Source: a virus
Length of the DNA: 64,000 nt
Direction: 5' to 3' (one strand)
Virus record (IMG/VR): IMGVR_UViG_3300020392_000005
Shown: one piece after another, positions 18,239 to 28,584 of the stretch
How the letters are laid out: every line of letters begins with the position of its first letter
Position numbering within the stretch: the first letter of the stretch is position 1
Translations under genes and position numbers: made by a program
The notes under the pieces: generated by a model
What the model saw: the letters and a program-made list of their open reading frames with translations, nothing else
Database searches by the model: none
What the model was told of the DNA's origin: nothing

Positions 18239-19303
18239 TTAGACTAGTTGTTTTGCGATTTCTTGTTCTTCTTTACTTGCATAATCTCTATCCCATTTGT
18301 CTAAATGTTTCTTCATAAACTTTCTAAACAATGGTGGTATTAATGCAATTGTAAATAGAGTGAAATATCCAACACCTGTATTAGGAGCGCCAACATCATC
18401 AAGTTCCCAGAAGTGAGTTTCCCCTCTATCGTGGTGGTCTGCTTGTCTTCCGATTTCAATAAAGAACCAAGAAGTAAACAATGTTGAATTGTCCCAATTG
18501 TGTCTGTAATCAATAGGTTGAGATTTTACTCTTATCAAACCATAATGTTCCAGATAGTTCAAAGCTTCTAATTCAAAGTTTGAAATTACCCACATTACAG
18601 CGAGACAAGTAATACCTACCCAACCACCTGCCATAAAGAAAAGTGCTACGGTAGGTACGGACATTAGATAACCTCTAATCCATCTGTTATCAAAACTGAT
18701 AAAAGATTTATCTAGTCTTTGTAATCTTGCTTTCTCCATTTCAAAAAGAAACTTTGATTGACCAAGATATGAAAGTAGATAATGTCCATAGATTGTACGA
18801 CCACGAGGAGCAGTCGCTGGGTCGTCTTCTGTCGCAAGTTCTAAATGATGATTATAACAATGAGCATAACAGAAATGTGCTGACCCACTTAACGCCATCA
18901 TCCATCTACTAATAACAAAAGCAAAACCTTTTGTATGCGATAGTTCGTGTCCGTAGATGATACCGATACCTAAAAAGATACCAGCTGATAAGGTAGTGCC
19001 TACAAGTTCTAGTCCTGTGATACCGCTAAAAATTTTGTATGCGACAGCACATTGTAGAAATATAAACACAGGTAACATAAGATACATAACCGTGTTTTGC
19101 AACCAAGCAATACCTAGTGTTTCTCCGTTTTCATCAACGGCACCTTTCGTCTGCTTTGTGATTAATGTATCTAGTATTATTCCAACACCTAATAACGCAA
19201 CGCCAGTCCACGCAAATAGACCGCCATACAATATTGATATTGCTGTTGTGATTATTAATACTGGTGCAATGAAATAACGGACATTAGTTAATAACTTTAA
19301 CAT
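18239..19303 (-). CDS. alkB: membrane non-heme di-iron hydroxylase, AlkB/XylM family
   Basis: TM helices; His boxes HELSH, HCYNHH, NYLEHYG, RQADHH; GGAGG RBS before MLKLLTNVRY. Confidence 0.85.
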   Translation of the reverse strand: MLKLLTNVRYFIAPVLIITTAISILYGGLFAWTGVALLGVGIILDTLITKQTKGAVDENGETLGIAWLQNTVMYLMLPVFIFLQCAVAYKIFSGITGLELVGTTLSAGIFLGIGIIYGHELSHTKGFAFVISRWMMALSGSAHFCYAHCYNHHLELATEDDPATAPRGRTIYGHYLLSYLGQSKFLFEMEKARLQRLDKSFISFDNRWIRGYLMSVPTVALFFMAGGWVGITCLAVMWVISNFELEALNYLEHYGLIRVKSQPIDYRHNWDNSTLFTSWFFIEIGRQADHHDRGETHFWELDDVGAPNTGVGYFTLFTIALIPPLFRKFMKKHLDKWDRDYASKEEQEIAKQLV

Positions 19304-19362
19304 AATGCCTCCTGTCCTTTCAGACATTAATTGCAAAGATAACTCGTTTATCTTATTAATAT

Positions 19363-19403
19363 TATTTATAACATAAGTGGTTTTATTTGTCAAGCTTTTG
19401 ACA
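19363..19403 (-). promoter_or_regulatory. composite sigma70/late promoter for the alkB-like gene
   Basis: TTGACA(19393-19388)-17bp-TATAAATA, so the -10 box is also a T4 late promoter; TGTCAA-GCTT-TTGACA inverted repeat. Confidence 0.7.
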
Positions 19404-19430
19404 CATATAAGAAAATCTGAATATTCTAAT

Positions 19431-19745
19431 TTACTTCTTAAAATATTTTTCGTATTTGTTAGGTTCGTCTTTTAGTTTATCACCAAAAGGACTTTCTTTA
19501 TTTTCTGTAATGTTAGGCCATATCCTAGAGTATTCATCATTTACTTTTTTCATAAGACCACTTGCTTCGTTTTCAGGAACGATTGCGTCTATCGGACACT
19601 CGGGTTGACATACGCCACAATCAATACACTCGTCTGGATTTATAACTAACATATTAGGTCCTTCGTAGAAACAATCTACAGGACAAACATCAACGCAATC
19701 CATCAGTTTACATTGTATACATTTCTCATTAACAACATATGTCAT
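19431..19745 (-). CDS. fdxA: 7Fe-type dicluster ferredoxin (FdxA family)
   Basis: [21 protein letters not shown]...[13 protein letters not shown]. Confidence 0.92.
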   Translation of the reverse strand: MTYVVNEKCIQCKLMDCVDVCPVDCFYEGPNMLVINPDECIDCGVCQPECPIDAIVPENEASGLMKKVNDEYSRIWPNITENKESPFGDKLKDEPNKYEKYFKK

Positions 19746-19766
19746 AGGTATATTTATGGGAAGGCC

Positions 19767-19798
19767 AAAAAAAAGGCGACCCGAAAGTCGCCTTTTTT
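19767..19798 (-). terminator. Rho-independent terminator after gp23 (bidirectional form)
   Basis: GGCGAC-TTTCGG-GTCGCC stem-loop on the minus strand, with poly-A/poly-T flanks. Confidence 0.9.
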
Positions 19799-19819
19799 CG
19801 TTTTCAGTATAAACTGATA

Positions 19820-21157
19820 TTACGCCAAGTTAACTACTTGTACTTTTCTGTAATATCTGTTTGAGTTAGCAGCACCAGAACCGTCAATAACAGCGTCAGA
19901 CGAAGCACTAGCTTCAGCAAATGGGTTTGCTTGTAAGCCGTATCTTGTCTTAAATCCGATTTTCGGTTGGAAAGTGTCCTGACCAACTGCTCTAACCATT
20001 TGTAATGGTACATAAGGGCAGTAGAACATACCAGCGTCATAAGGAGAAGTTCCTTTATAACCTACTACATAGAATTGTTTTGTAGCAGCGTTTGCTGAAT
20101 ATGGGTCAATGTATACTTTAAATCTGCCGTTTAATACACCAGCAAATGTGTTTCCTGTGTCATCAACATTTAGGTTGTTGTTTAACGCAGGTGTGTAATC
20201 AAGTATACCAGCCATTTGTAATGCACTAGCAACATCAGAAGAACAGATAAGGATATTTCCTTTTCCTCTTCTTGTTCTTTGTGCGATTACATTAGCGTCT
20301 CTTTCTAATTGGAACATTAAACCTTTAAATCTTTCAACAGACCATCTACCGTTGGAATCAGTATCTAAATCAAAGATTCCTGCGTTAGTTGTATCAGTTT
20401 GAGCACCTTTTTCTGAATTGATATAGATTGTTCTTACGACTTCTCTATTGATTTCAGCAAGGATTTCAGCAGAAAGAATATTAGCAAGTTCAGTTTCAGC
20501 GTCTAAGCCGTGAATTGCTTTAAGGTCTTGTGCTAATTCCATTGTGTACTCAGCTTTAAGAGCTCTTGACTTAGCAGTTACCGTTGATTTCTCAATTGAG
20601 AAAGCCATTTCAGCAAATGCGTTACCAGAAGAGTCCCCTAGGGCTTCAGCAGAAGCTGTTGCCATTCCAGTTCCAGTAGTATAAGTACCAGCTGGGGAAT
20701 CGTTAAGTACAGATGGGTTGTTTTGTGCAGGCGAATTTGTTGAAGTTCCAGCAGATCCAGGAATGTTTGCGTTAGCAGCGTTTCCAGAAAATTTACTTTC
20801 TGCTTCATCAAATAGCGCTTCAGTTCCGCCTTGAGTTTTATATCTGCTTCTCATTGCAAATATAAGTCCAGTCGGTCCGCTCATAGGTTGAACGCCAGCG
20901 ATATCGTATGCGATAAGGTTTGGCATTGCTCTTCTTACAAGACTAATTAGGATTGGATCCCAGTTAGCAATGTTAGAACCTGTAGCGTTAGTTGGAGCAG
21001 CTTCCGATAAGAAAGCAGCATCCTCTTTCAGCGCTCTTTCTTGGTTTTCCAAGATAACGCTGGTTACAGCTCGTTTATAGCTATCCGTAACCTTTGGAAG
21101 GTCAGGATGGTCTAATACTGGCTGCCATTTTTTTTGGTAAGTTTCAGATAAGTACAT
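19820..21157 (-). CDS. gp23: major capsid protein
   Basis: [57 protein letters not shown]. Confidence 0.98.
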   Translation of the reverse strand: MYLSETYQKKWQPVLDHPDLPKVTDSYKRAVTSVILENQERALKEDAAFLSEAAPTNATGSNIANWDPILISLVRRAMPNLIAYDIAGVQPMSGPTGLIFAMRSRYKTQGGTEALFDEAESKFSGNAANANIPGSAGTSTNSPAQNNPSVLNDSPAGTYTTGTGMATASAEALGDSSGNAFAEMAFSIEKSTVTAKSRALKAEYTMELAQDLKAIHGLDAETELANILSAEILAEINREVVRTIYINSEKGAQTDTTNAGIFDLDTDSNGRWSVERFKGLMFQLERDANVIAQRTRRGKGNILICSSDVASALQMAGILDYTPALNNNLNVDDTGNTFAGVLNGRFKVYIDPYSANAATKQFYVVGYKGTSPYDAGMFYCPYVPLQMVRAVGQDTFQPKIGFKTRYGLQANPFAEASASSDAVIDGSGAANSNRYYRKVQVVNLA

Positions 21158-21180
21158 ATCTTTTTCCTCTCTCCTATTAA

Positions 21181-22371
21181 TTACGACAACTTAATGTCTT
21201 TAGTTTTACTAATAGCGGTAGTATAAGCAGCCATTGCATTAGACAAATCTTCTGTATTTACTACATTGGAATTATCCGCTACCGCATTATCTACTTCGCT
21301 GTCAGAATTAGCTTCTTTTTTGTTTCCGAAATATGATTCCTTAATAGTCTCACATTTCTTCTTAAAGTCATCAGCGTTAGAATACTCAACTTCTTCTGTT
21401 AATTTAGCAAACTTCTCTTTTGAAGTGTCTGCTAAGTCAGAAGCAACTTCTGCAATAATGTCAGTTCTTTTCAAAGAAGAATTTTCTTTGTTCATTTCAA
21501 CATTGTTTGCAATCTGTTCGTTAAGTTTCTTCTCTAACTCTTCAATCTTTGAAGCTTGGTCTTCTAACACATCATATTTTTCATCAGGAACATCAATATA
21601 GTGGTCTTCAAAAAGTTTTTTCAGACCATTGATAAAGTCCTCAGCAATCTCTCCCTTGATACCTCTTTCAATAGCAAGTTCGTTTTCTTTCATCCACTCG
21701 TTGACAACATAGTTCATATATGCGTCTACCTTCTCAACAAGGTCTGTTTTTGCTTTAGATACTTCTTCGTCAAATTTCTTATTGTAATCTGCTTCCATTT
21801 CTTCTGCAATTTCTTTTACTTTAGAAGTAATCGCAGCTTCAAAAATCGTAGCAGCTTTTTGTTTAAACTCTTCAGACAAGTCGGACTCTCCAGAGGTTAA
21901 AGCGTCAATGTGTTCCTTTACATCAACATCTTTTGCTTTCTGGTCGTCTTCACTTTTCTCGGACTTCATCATCTTCTCTTTATCTTTAGAAGCTTTCATA
22001 TATCCTTCTTCCTTCTTCATTTCTTTTTCTTTATCAGAAGTTTCGGATTTTTCTTTCTTTTTGTCCAAGTATTTTTTCAGACCGTCTGGCATTTCTCCTT
22101 CGGATATCTTCTCGCCTTCAGCTTCGTCAGCTTCTTCCTTCTTTACAGAAGGCATTGGGTCAGCCGCACCTTGATTTTTTTGTTGTGCGTCACCTGAAAC
22201 TGGCTTAACTTTTTTCGTTGCGTCAGGATTACTATCTGTTGGTTTAACAACAGCAGCACCTAAATCTTCGGCGTCATTTTTTAACGGCGAAGTTTCAGCA
22301 GCTACAGCGTTCTTTTTAGGAGCGTCTGGAGCTGTCGCTTCAACAACTTTATTAGTTTCTGTCTCGGCCAT
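21181..22371 (-). CDS. gp22: prohead core scaffold protein
   Basis: LSEEFKQKAATIFEAA...VDAYMNYVVNEWM; synteny. Confidence 0.92.
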   Translation of the reverse strand: MAETETNKVVEATAPDAPKKNAVAAETSPLKNDAEDLGAAVVKPTDSNPDATKKVKPVSGDAQQKNQGAADPMPSVKKEEADEAEGEKISEGEMPDGLKKYLDKKKEKSETSDKEKEMKKEEGYMKASKDKEKMMKSEKSEDDQKAKDVDVKEHIDALTSGESDLSEEFKQKAATIFEAAITSKVKEIAEEMEADYNKKFDEEVSKAKTDLVEKVDAYMNYVVNEWMKENELAIERGIKGEIAEDFINGLKKLFEDHYIDVPDEKYDVLEDQASKIEELEKKLNEQIANNVEMNKENSSLKRTDIIAEVASDLADTSKEKFAKLTEEVEYSNADDFKKKCETIKESYFGNKKEANSDSEVDNAVADNSNVVNTEDLSNAMAAYTTAISKTKDIKLS

Positions 22372-22420
22372 TTGAAGTTCTCCTTAATTTAAAAAAATAA
22401 TTATTTTTTTCGTTATAATA

Positions 22421-22428
22421 TATTTATA
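22421..22428 (-). promoter_or_regulatory. T4-type late promoter
   Basis: TATAAATA upstream of gp22. Confidence 0.75.
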
Positions 22429-22452
22429 AAATTGCGTTCTTTTGTACGCAAA

Positions 22453-23100
22453 TTATAGTTTTTTTAAGAAATCTTTGAATACATTTGCCTTAGCTTCTGC
22501 AATTTTCAGTCGTTTTGCTTGTGCTATATACTCTTTATACTCTTCAATCTCTCTTTCTTTTATAACGCCATTGTCCCAAACCCACTCTTTATTCTCCATA
22601 ATACCTTCTACGAAAGCGTCTGGAGCGCTTGGGTCTGCAACTATATCAGCAGCTGTTGCCAAATAGAAGTCTTTTCCGACTACTGCTTGACCACCTCTAC
22701 CTCTTTCTAATGAACCCATACCACGACTTGATACGCCTAATTTAGCGCCCTCATCTATAAGATTTTTTACTATCTTACCGTATGGAGTGTCCATTATCTT
22801 CGCCTCACCAATAAAATTGTTTCCATCTTCGTGTATATCTGTTATCATATGAGATACACGCTCAAGGTTTACCGTAGGTCCGTCAGGATGTCCTAACTCG
22901 CCGAACGCTCTTTTTTGGTTGACAAATTCTCTATTATATCTACTAACTTCTTTTGCTAGAGTTTCTTTAGGATAAACTCGTCCATTTCTATTTTTGATTT
23001 CTGATTGTAAGAAGACACCACGGATTTTGTAATTCTTTTTTCCGCCTACATCTTCGCATATGTACTCAACATTTTCAACTTGTTCAGTAATTAGTTTCAT
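22453..23100 (-). CDS. gp21: prohead protease
   Basis: NRNGRVYP, GELGHP, GVSSRGMGS, DIVADPSAPDAFV. Confidence 0.96.
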   Translation of the reverse strand: MKLITEQVENVEYICEDVGGKKNYKIRGVFLQSEIKNRNGRVYPKETLAKEVSRYNREFVNQKRAFGELGHPDGPTVNLERVSHMITDIHEDGNNFIGEAKIMDTPYGKIVKNLIDEGAKLGVSSRGMGSLERGRGGQAVVGKDFYLATAADIVADPSAPDAFVEGIMENKEWVWDNGVIKEREIEEYKEYIAQAKRLKIAEAKANVFKDFLKKL

Positions 23101-23124
23101 ATGAATTATCCCTCTCTTTCCTAA

Positions 23125-23132
23125 TATTTATA
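23125..23132 (-). promoter_or_regulatory. T4-type late promoter
   Basis: TATAAATA upstream of gp21. Confidence 0.75.
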
Positions 23133-23139
23133 ATATTTT

Positions 23140-23535
23140 TTATCTAAATTCAACAACTAAAGTATAGTTATCGCCTAACGCAAAGTTTTTAGTTGATAGA
23201 TGTACTTTTCCGTTAGGTGTTGTTGCATTATTAGGAATATCGTTACCAGCAGTTCTAAAATCTAGGTATCCGTTACCACTTAATAAAAGTGTAGTAGTGT
23301 TCTCCGTTGCACCTCCCCAGGCTAACTCAACTGCTGATTTTGAGTTTGCAACATTTATAGAGTACCAGACTTTTGATATTGATTTAGTACCATCAGCGGT
23401 CATAAAATTTGAAGTCGCTGGGTCTACTAATACACTATCAGTTTCGCCTGTACCATCACTATGGTTTGTTCTCTTTACAACAAATTTAACACCTGCTGTA
23501 TCGGCTACTACCTGCGTTGTAATTGCGTCTGCCAT
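23140..23535 (-). CDS. putative virion structural protein
   Basis: Beta-rich; lies in the head module. Confidence 0.55.
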   Translation of the reverse strand: MADAITTQVVADTAGVKFVVKRTNHSDGTGETDSVLVDPATSNFMTADGTKSISKVWYSINVANSKSAVELAWGGATENTTTLLLSGNGYLDFRTAGNDIPNNATTPNGKVHLSTKNFALGDNYTLVVEFR

Positions 23536-23882
23536 TATCCTGGATACCTCTCCGTTTCTTTATGCAGTTCTACTGCCATATTAAATTTACTTACATTAGC
23601 ATCCGTAGTAATTTTTAACTCGGTTGCTGTATTAAGTTCTTGTTGAGGTACTAATCTGGCCTCGCCATTTTTTAAACCCCAATTACCAAAACCTGTAAGT
23701 TCTAATGTATCACTTCCTATTGTTAGAGTAGCAGTTCCTGTTCCTCTAATCTCATAATATACATTAGCTAGTGAAACGCTTTTATCGGAACTATACAAAG
23801 TTCCACTTTCGTTATCAGCGCCACTAGCATTAACAATTGCTTTAGTAGCGTCATCTGTTTTAGAGACAACACTTAAAGTCAT
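23535..23882 (-). CDS. putative virion structural protein (possible distant paralog of 23140-23535)
   Basis: Similar layout: VYYEI/VWYSI, LTGFGNW/LSGNGYL, terminal VELHK/VEFR. Confidence 0.5.
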   Translation of the reverse strand: MTLSVVSKTDDATKAIVNASGADNESGTLYSSDKSVSLANVYYEIRGTGTATLTIGSDTLELTGFGNWGLKNGEARLVPQQELNTATELKITTDANVSKFNMAVELHKETERYPG

Positions 23883-23884
23883 TT

Positions 23885-24121
23885 TTATTCCTCAAAGTAT
23901 GCTTTAATGTCGTCAGCAGATATACCACTTGCAGCTGCAACTTCATCAACTTTAGTTTCAATTATGCTTACTAAATCTTGTGGTTCTGACCAATCAATAC
24001 CATCTAGTCCTTCAATCAATCCTTTGATAGCGTCTTTTGTTGCAGGCGCCAAAGCATTGTATCTGTCGTTTCCTAGAAATCCTGATACATTACCAACTAT
24101 ACTTGATACCGTTAATGCCAT
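23885..24121 (-). CDS. hypothetical protein in head module
   Basis: ORF track; GGAGA RBS. Confidence 0.55.
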   Translation of the reverse strand: MALTVSSIVGNVSGFLGNDRYNALAPATKDAIKGLIEGLDGIDWSEPQDLVSIIETKVDEVAAASGISADDIKAYFEE

Positions 24122-24123
24122 TT

Positions 24124-24480
24124 TTATTCTCCTGTTTTAACTTCTGTTTCTGTACTTGTTTCAGGATTATGTGCAGCTTGCACTTCGTCCTGTGTAGCTT
24201 GTGCCGTAAACGGTTCCGCAACTTCTGGTTTTGGATCCGAGTGAGGTTGTGCTGTATCTACTGCTACTTCAGTTGCACCATCAGACGGAGTTCCAGTCAT
24301 AACATCTCTAGCGGCATTGAAAAGATTACTTGCATATTCTTTTCTACCTGTATCTAAAGCGTCACCAACTTTATCTCTCATTGCGTCTTTAAATGCTTCA
24401 CCAGCACCTGTATTATCTCCACTTGCAAGTTTATCAACAAATGTTTCTACATTACTTGGTTGTTTTTCATTATCAGCCAT
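24124..24480 (-). CDS. small acidic prohead core-like protein (gp67 position)
   Basis: Immediately follows the portal gene; acidic. Confidence 0.55.
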   Translation of the reverse strand: MADNEKQPSNVETFVDKLASGDNTGAGEAFKDAMRDKVGDALDTGRKEYASNLFNAARDVMTGTPSDGATEVAVDTAQPHSDPKPEVAEPFTAQATQDEVQAAHNPETSTETEVKTGE

Positions 24481-24490
24481 ATTATTTCTC

Positions 24491-26017
24491 CTATATTATT
24501 TCGTCTGGTTCATTGCCTGACACACTAGTTTGTGGACTTGCAATAATACCATCATCAATTTCTCTTTTGATTTCGTTATCAATGTCAGATATTTCTCTTT
24601 CAGATTGTTTCAATATGTTTTTTCTAACATAGTTGACTGAAAAATATTTACCAACATAGTCTCTTACATCATTAGCAAGAGCAATTCTTTCTCTTAATAA
24701 CTCAGCGTTTTTAAGTTCGCTGAAATGACCATCGGCAAGAAAATCATATTTGATTTTCTCTTTCATATCTATCCAATCGTCATCATTGATTATTGATTTA
24801 AGAACCAATTGAGTTCTTAATAAATCATTAAACAATTCTGTAAATTTCTTTCTTAATCTTTGTACAAACTTTGTAAATTTAAGTTCGTCTCTAGTTATCT
24901 CGGTACTTCTACCTAGATTGAAACCTTGACTACTTTCTAATCTACTAATAGGTACATTTAGAGAACGATATAGTTTTCTTTGGAAGTATTCTATATCTGC
25001 AACTTCACCTAGGTTTTGACCACCAGGTAATGTAGATATATCAGTTCCTCTACCACCTTCTCTACTAGGTAACCAAAAGTCTTCAAGCATAGACATATAG
25101 TTTCTATCGTCTCTAATCTCTCCTGTACTTGCGTCATAGACAAGTTTGTTTCTGTATCTTGCCATAACATCACGGAGATATTGCTCTGCTTTTACTTTAG
25201 GTAAGTTACCTACATCAATCTTAAATATTCTTCTTTCAGGTGCTCTTGCAATTCTGTAAATAACAACAGCGTCTTCAATCATACGCAATTGATTTACAGG
25301 TTTGATTGCCTTATGTAAATAAGACATAACCATATTTTTGTTCAAGTCTACTAAACCACTTGGACAAAAAGATATAGCGTCTGGTGCAATCTTAATACCA
25401 CCACTTGCCATACCAGGTCCTGCAACACCTTTTTCATTGTATAAAAAGTATTCGTTATAGTCGTGTACCACTTGTATGTTTGCCATAGCAACTGGACGAC
25501 CTTTTTTAATTTCTCTTAACTTCTTAATCTTTCTAGGGTCTATGTATCGTAATTCAGTAATACCCTTAACTGGACTTTCTCTATCAATAATCTTATGATA
25601 GTATATTCTTCCGTCTACATACCATCTACGAAAGATATCGTGTCCTCTTGTAGAAAAATTAAGTAGTCTTAATATTTCTTTAAATTCATCTTCAATTTTT
25701 CGTTTAATTGCACTTGAAAGTGTTGTATCAGATAAGTCAACTCTAACTGGATCCTTATCAATTTCATTTGCCACTATGGCTTCGTTTACGATATCCTCTA
25801 TGGCCATATCGCACTCTGGATGAATTGATACCTCTCTATATCTCCTAATTAAGTCTTGCTCAGTTTTCGCCGTACCTTCCATATCAAGGTACTGACCAAA
25901 ATAACCTCCAGCGGCGACGGTTTGTGTACCGTCATCCGCTTTAGGTTGAGTAAAACTTTGTTTAGGGTCTACTTTAGGTTTAGTTCTAGTTATCTGAAAA
26001 CCGAAAAGCTCTGCCAT
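24491..26017 (-). CDS. gp20: portal vertex protein
   Basis: FRRWYVDGR, YRIARAPERRIFKIDVGNLP, EDFWLPSREGGRGT. Confidence 0.97.
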   Translation of the reverse strand: MAELFGFQITRTKPKVDPKQSFTQPKADDGTQTVAAGGYFGQYLDMEGTAKTEQDLIRRYREVSIHPECDMAIEDIVNEAIVANEIDKDPVRVDLSDTTLSSAIKRKIEDEFKEILRLLNFSTRGHDIFRRWYVDGRIYYHKIIDRESPVKGITELRYIDPRKIKKLREIKKGRPVAMANIQVVHDYNEYFLYNEKGVAGPGMASGGIKIAPDAISFCPSGLVDLNKNMVMSYLHKAIKPVNQLRMIEDAVVIYRIARAPERRIFKIDVGNLPKVKAEQYLRDVMARYRNKLVYDASTGEIRDDRNYMSMLEDFWLPSREGGRGTDISTLPGGQNLGEVADIEYFQRKLYRSLNVPISRLESSQGFNLGRSTEITRDELKFTKFVQRLRKKFTELFNDLLRTQLVLKSIINDDDWIDMKEKIKYDFLADGHFSELKNAELLRERIALANDVRDYVGKYFSVNYVRKNILKQSEREISDIDNEIKREIDDGIIASPQTSVSGNEPDEII

Positions 26018-26056
26018 TTTATATCCTCAAAGTTTTATTATATATTTAGTCTACTA

Positions 26057-26584
26057 TTAAGTAGTTGTTCTTGCTTCAAAGAACAAGTATCTAAACGATA
26101 CTTCAAAAGTTTCAACTGCTTCTGTCGGTTCCATAGACAAGTCTATCGCACCAATAGATACTGGAAAGCATCCTCTTAATGTGTAAGACTTAATCGTGCC
26201 ACCATTTCTGTCAAGGTGGTCAATAAAAGCGTCAACTTGATAGTCTGCTGGATTTACTAATCCTTCGTTATCAGACATATTGTTGATACCATTTTGCCAT
26301 CTTTCAAAAGCGTCTCTTAATTTAAAGTTTGTATCGTTAAGTACCGTTATGTTCCAAGGTTCAAAAGTTCTATCAGCTGCAAGATATATTGGTCTACCAC
26401 GGAAGTTAACCGTTGTTGTACCGATACTCATAGCAGGAATAGAAGTTGCATTACATAAGAACGCTAACTCTTCTGTTTCTCCACCAACTTGGGCGTAACC
26501 AGGAAAAGGCATTGTAACCTTAAACTGATTGGCTCTTGCGCCGCCGCCAGTAAGTTTAGTTTTGAAGTCATTAATGTTTGCCAT
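26057..26584 (-). CDS. gp19: tail tube protein
   Basis: GGARANQF, RTFEPWNITVLND; synteny. Confidence 0.93.
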   Translation of the reverse strand: MANINDFKTKLTGGGARANQFKVTMPFPGYAQVGGETEELAFLCNATSIPAMSIGTTTVNFRGRPIYLAADRTFEPWNITVLNDTNFKLRDAFERWQNGINNMSDNEGLVNPADYQVDAFIDHLDRNGGTIKSYTLRGCFPVSIGAIDLSMEPTEAVETFEVSFRYLFFEARTTT

Positions 26585-26605
26585 TGTTTATTTTCCTCTC
26601 TACTA

Positions 26606-28540
26606 TTAACCTGCTATCTCTTCAAAAGAGACACCAGTTCTGGTTGCAACGAAAGATAAAGTGATAAAGTTGATACTTCTTGCTGGTTTTACAAAAATCT
26701 CAGCAATAAATTCGTTTCTATCAATTACTTCGCCTGTGTTGTTTGTTTCATCACACACTACTAAAAAGTCTGTGATACCTCGTCTACCTTGTACTTCTCT
26801 TAGGAAAGGTTCTACTAGGTTTCTAAAGTTCGCTCTTGTAAACTCGTCATTAAATTCAAAGAGTTGGAATTTAGAAGCTGTCGCAATCGCCTTTTCTAAA
26901 ACGATAAACAATCTTCTTACATTTATTCTATCAAACGCAGAAGGTTTTGCCAATCCAGTTTTGTCTCCGAAAAGAACAATACCTTGACCTGGGAATGAAA
27001 CAACTGGGTTTATTCTCGCTCTGTATAGTTCGTCTCTTTGAGTTTTATTTGGATTGTAAGCAAGTTTACTAGCACCTCTAATAATACCTCTGTTTAATCC
27101 TGCAGGACTAAACCAAGCGTCATTAGTTAAATCAGTTCTAGCAGCCAAGCCAGCCATATCTCCGTTTAGCGGAACATATCTGAATACATCATTGTATCTG
27201 TCGTACATATATTTGTAACCACTATCAAATATTACATATGAAGATGATTGTATTGCATTGAAGAAAGCAAGTACATTGTTTGTTTGATTGATAGCTGATG
27301 TAATACCTACTACATCGCTTCTTTGTGGACTTGCAAATACAACAGCGTCTTTTCTTGTTTCAGCGATTGTAATTAAATCACCGATTAAAGTTGCTGAAGC
27401 GTTACCAGCCATTATCAAACTAACATCTACGGATTCACTATCTTGGAATAATTCAAACGCAGACTTTCTAACACCGTCAGTTGCCGTACCATCATCACCA
27501 CCTGCGAAAGATAATGCGATAGGAGCGGTAACATCTGTAAATGTTTTACCTGCTTTTGCGTCTCCCCAATTTGTTCCGTTAGAGTTGTGGTCTCCCCAAT
27601 AAATCATACCAGATTTTCTGTATATGACTTCTGGATAGAAGTTGTTATTTCCACTTGCGTCTTTAGCGTCTTTAGCTTTTGAAACACCTTCAAAAACTTC
27701 TAACACTTCGCCTTTTGTTCCGTTTATAGTACCATCGGCGTCTACTACGATAATGTGCATTTCGTCATTAGAACCACCAGCAGCAGATACATCTGGAGAA
27801 GTTCCTGGAGCACCAGACACTTGGTCATAGTACTTCCATCTTCTTCTTACATTTGCACCGTTTGTGATAACTCTACTTAATCCGCCAGTACCAACACTTT
27901 TCTTTAATGTGATATCGTTAGAAGAAACTTGCGTTACCTCGTACTCAACACCATCATCATAGTCGTTAGTTCCTGCAGAAGTTGAAAAAGCGATAATATC
28001 GCCTACACCTATATTAGTTCCACTTGTAACCGTAATTGTAGTGTCACCCACAGAAACAGCACTATCGTTAACGGTTGTTACCGCAACGGCTTCATATGCT
28101 GTAGCTGAAGGACAAACAGAAACTTCTAAACTATTTCCGTATGCACCAGCAAATCTTGCTACAAATTCTACGCCAGAGATACCAGTATACGCACCACTAG
28201 CTAAATAACTAGTGTTATAATCATTTGTATTTCTCACCAATAAAGCTGTACCAGAGTTGGTAACAGCGTTCTTAATACCTGTATTTTCAGTTCGTACAAC
28301 TTTTAAGGCGTTTGAGTATTGCAGAAAAGATGAAGCAGTAAAATACTCTTCAAAATTATCTGTTGTCGGTTTACCAAACAAACTTACTAGGTCTTGTTCA
28401 TTAGAGATTAATGTAATCTCTCCAACTGGTCCTCTTTTAGCACTAAAAGCGTATGCGCCAATGCTAGTAGAAACAGCAGGAACTATGTTAGTAAGGTCCT
28501 TTTCTTGTACGAGAACCCCAGGTGATACTTGAAATGCCAT
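26606..28540 (-). CDS. gp18: tail sheath protein
   Basis: SPGVLVQEKD, WFSPAG, DRINVRRLF, KPARSINFI. Confidence 0.97.
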   Translation of the reverse strand: MAFQVSPGVLVQEKDLTNIVPAVSTSIGAYAFSAKRGPVGEITLISNEQDLVSLFGKPTTDNFEEYFTASSFLQYSNALKVVRTENTGIKNAVTNSGTALLVRNTNDYNTSYLASGAYTGISGVEFVARFAGAYGNSLEVSVCPSATAYEAVAVTTVNDSAVSVGDTTITVTSGTNIGVGDIIAFSTSAGTNDYDDGVEYEVTQVSSNDITLKKSVGTGGLSRVITNGANVRRRWKYYDQVSGAPGTSPDVSAAGGSNDEMHIIVVDADGTINGTKGEVLEVFEGVSKAKDAKDASGNNNFYPEVIYRKSGMIYWGDHNSNGTNWGDAKAGKTFTDVTAPIALSFAGGDDGTATDGVRKSAFELFQDSESVDVSLIMAGNASATLIGDLITIAETRKDAVVFASPQRSDVVGITSAINQTNNVLAFFNAIQSSSYVIFDSGYKYMYDRYNDVFRYVPLNGDMAGLAARTDLTNDAWFSPAGLNRGIIRGASKLAYNPNKTQRDELYRARINPVVSFPGQGIVLFGDKTGLAKPSAFDRINVRRLFIVLEKAIATASKFQLFEFNDEFTRANFRNLVEPFLREVQGRRGITDFLVVCDETNNTGEVIDRNEFIAEIFVKPARSINFITLSFVATRTGVSFEEIAG

Positions 28541-28564
28541 TAGGTTTCTCCTCTATTTGTTATT

Positions 28565-28584
28565 TGTATTTAAATTTAAATACA
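28565..28584. repeat. perfect 20-bp palindrome in the gp18 leader
   Basis: TGTATTTAAA-TTTAAATACA. Confidence 0.8.
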
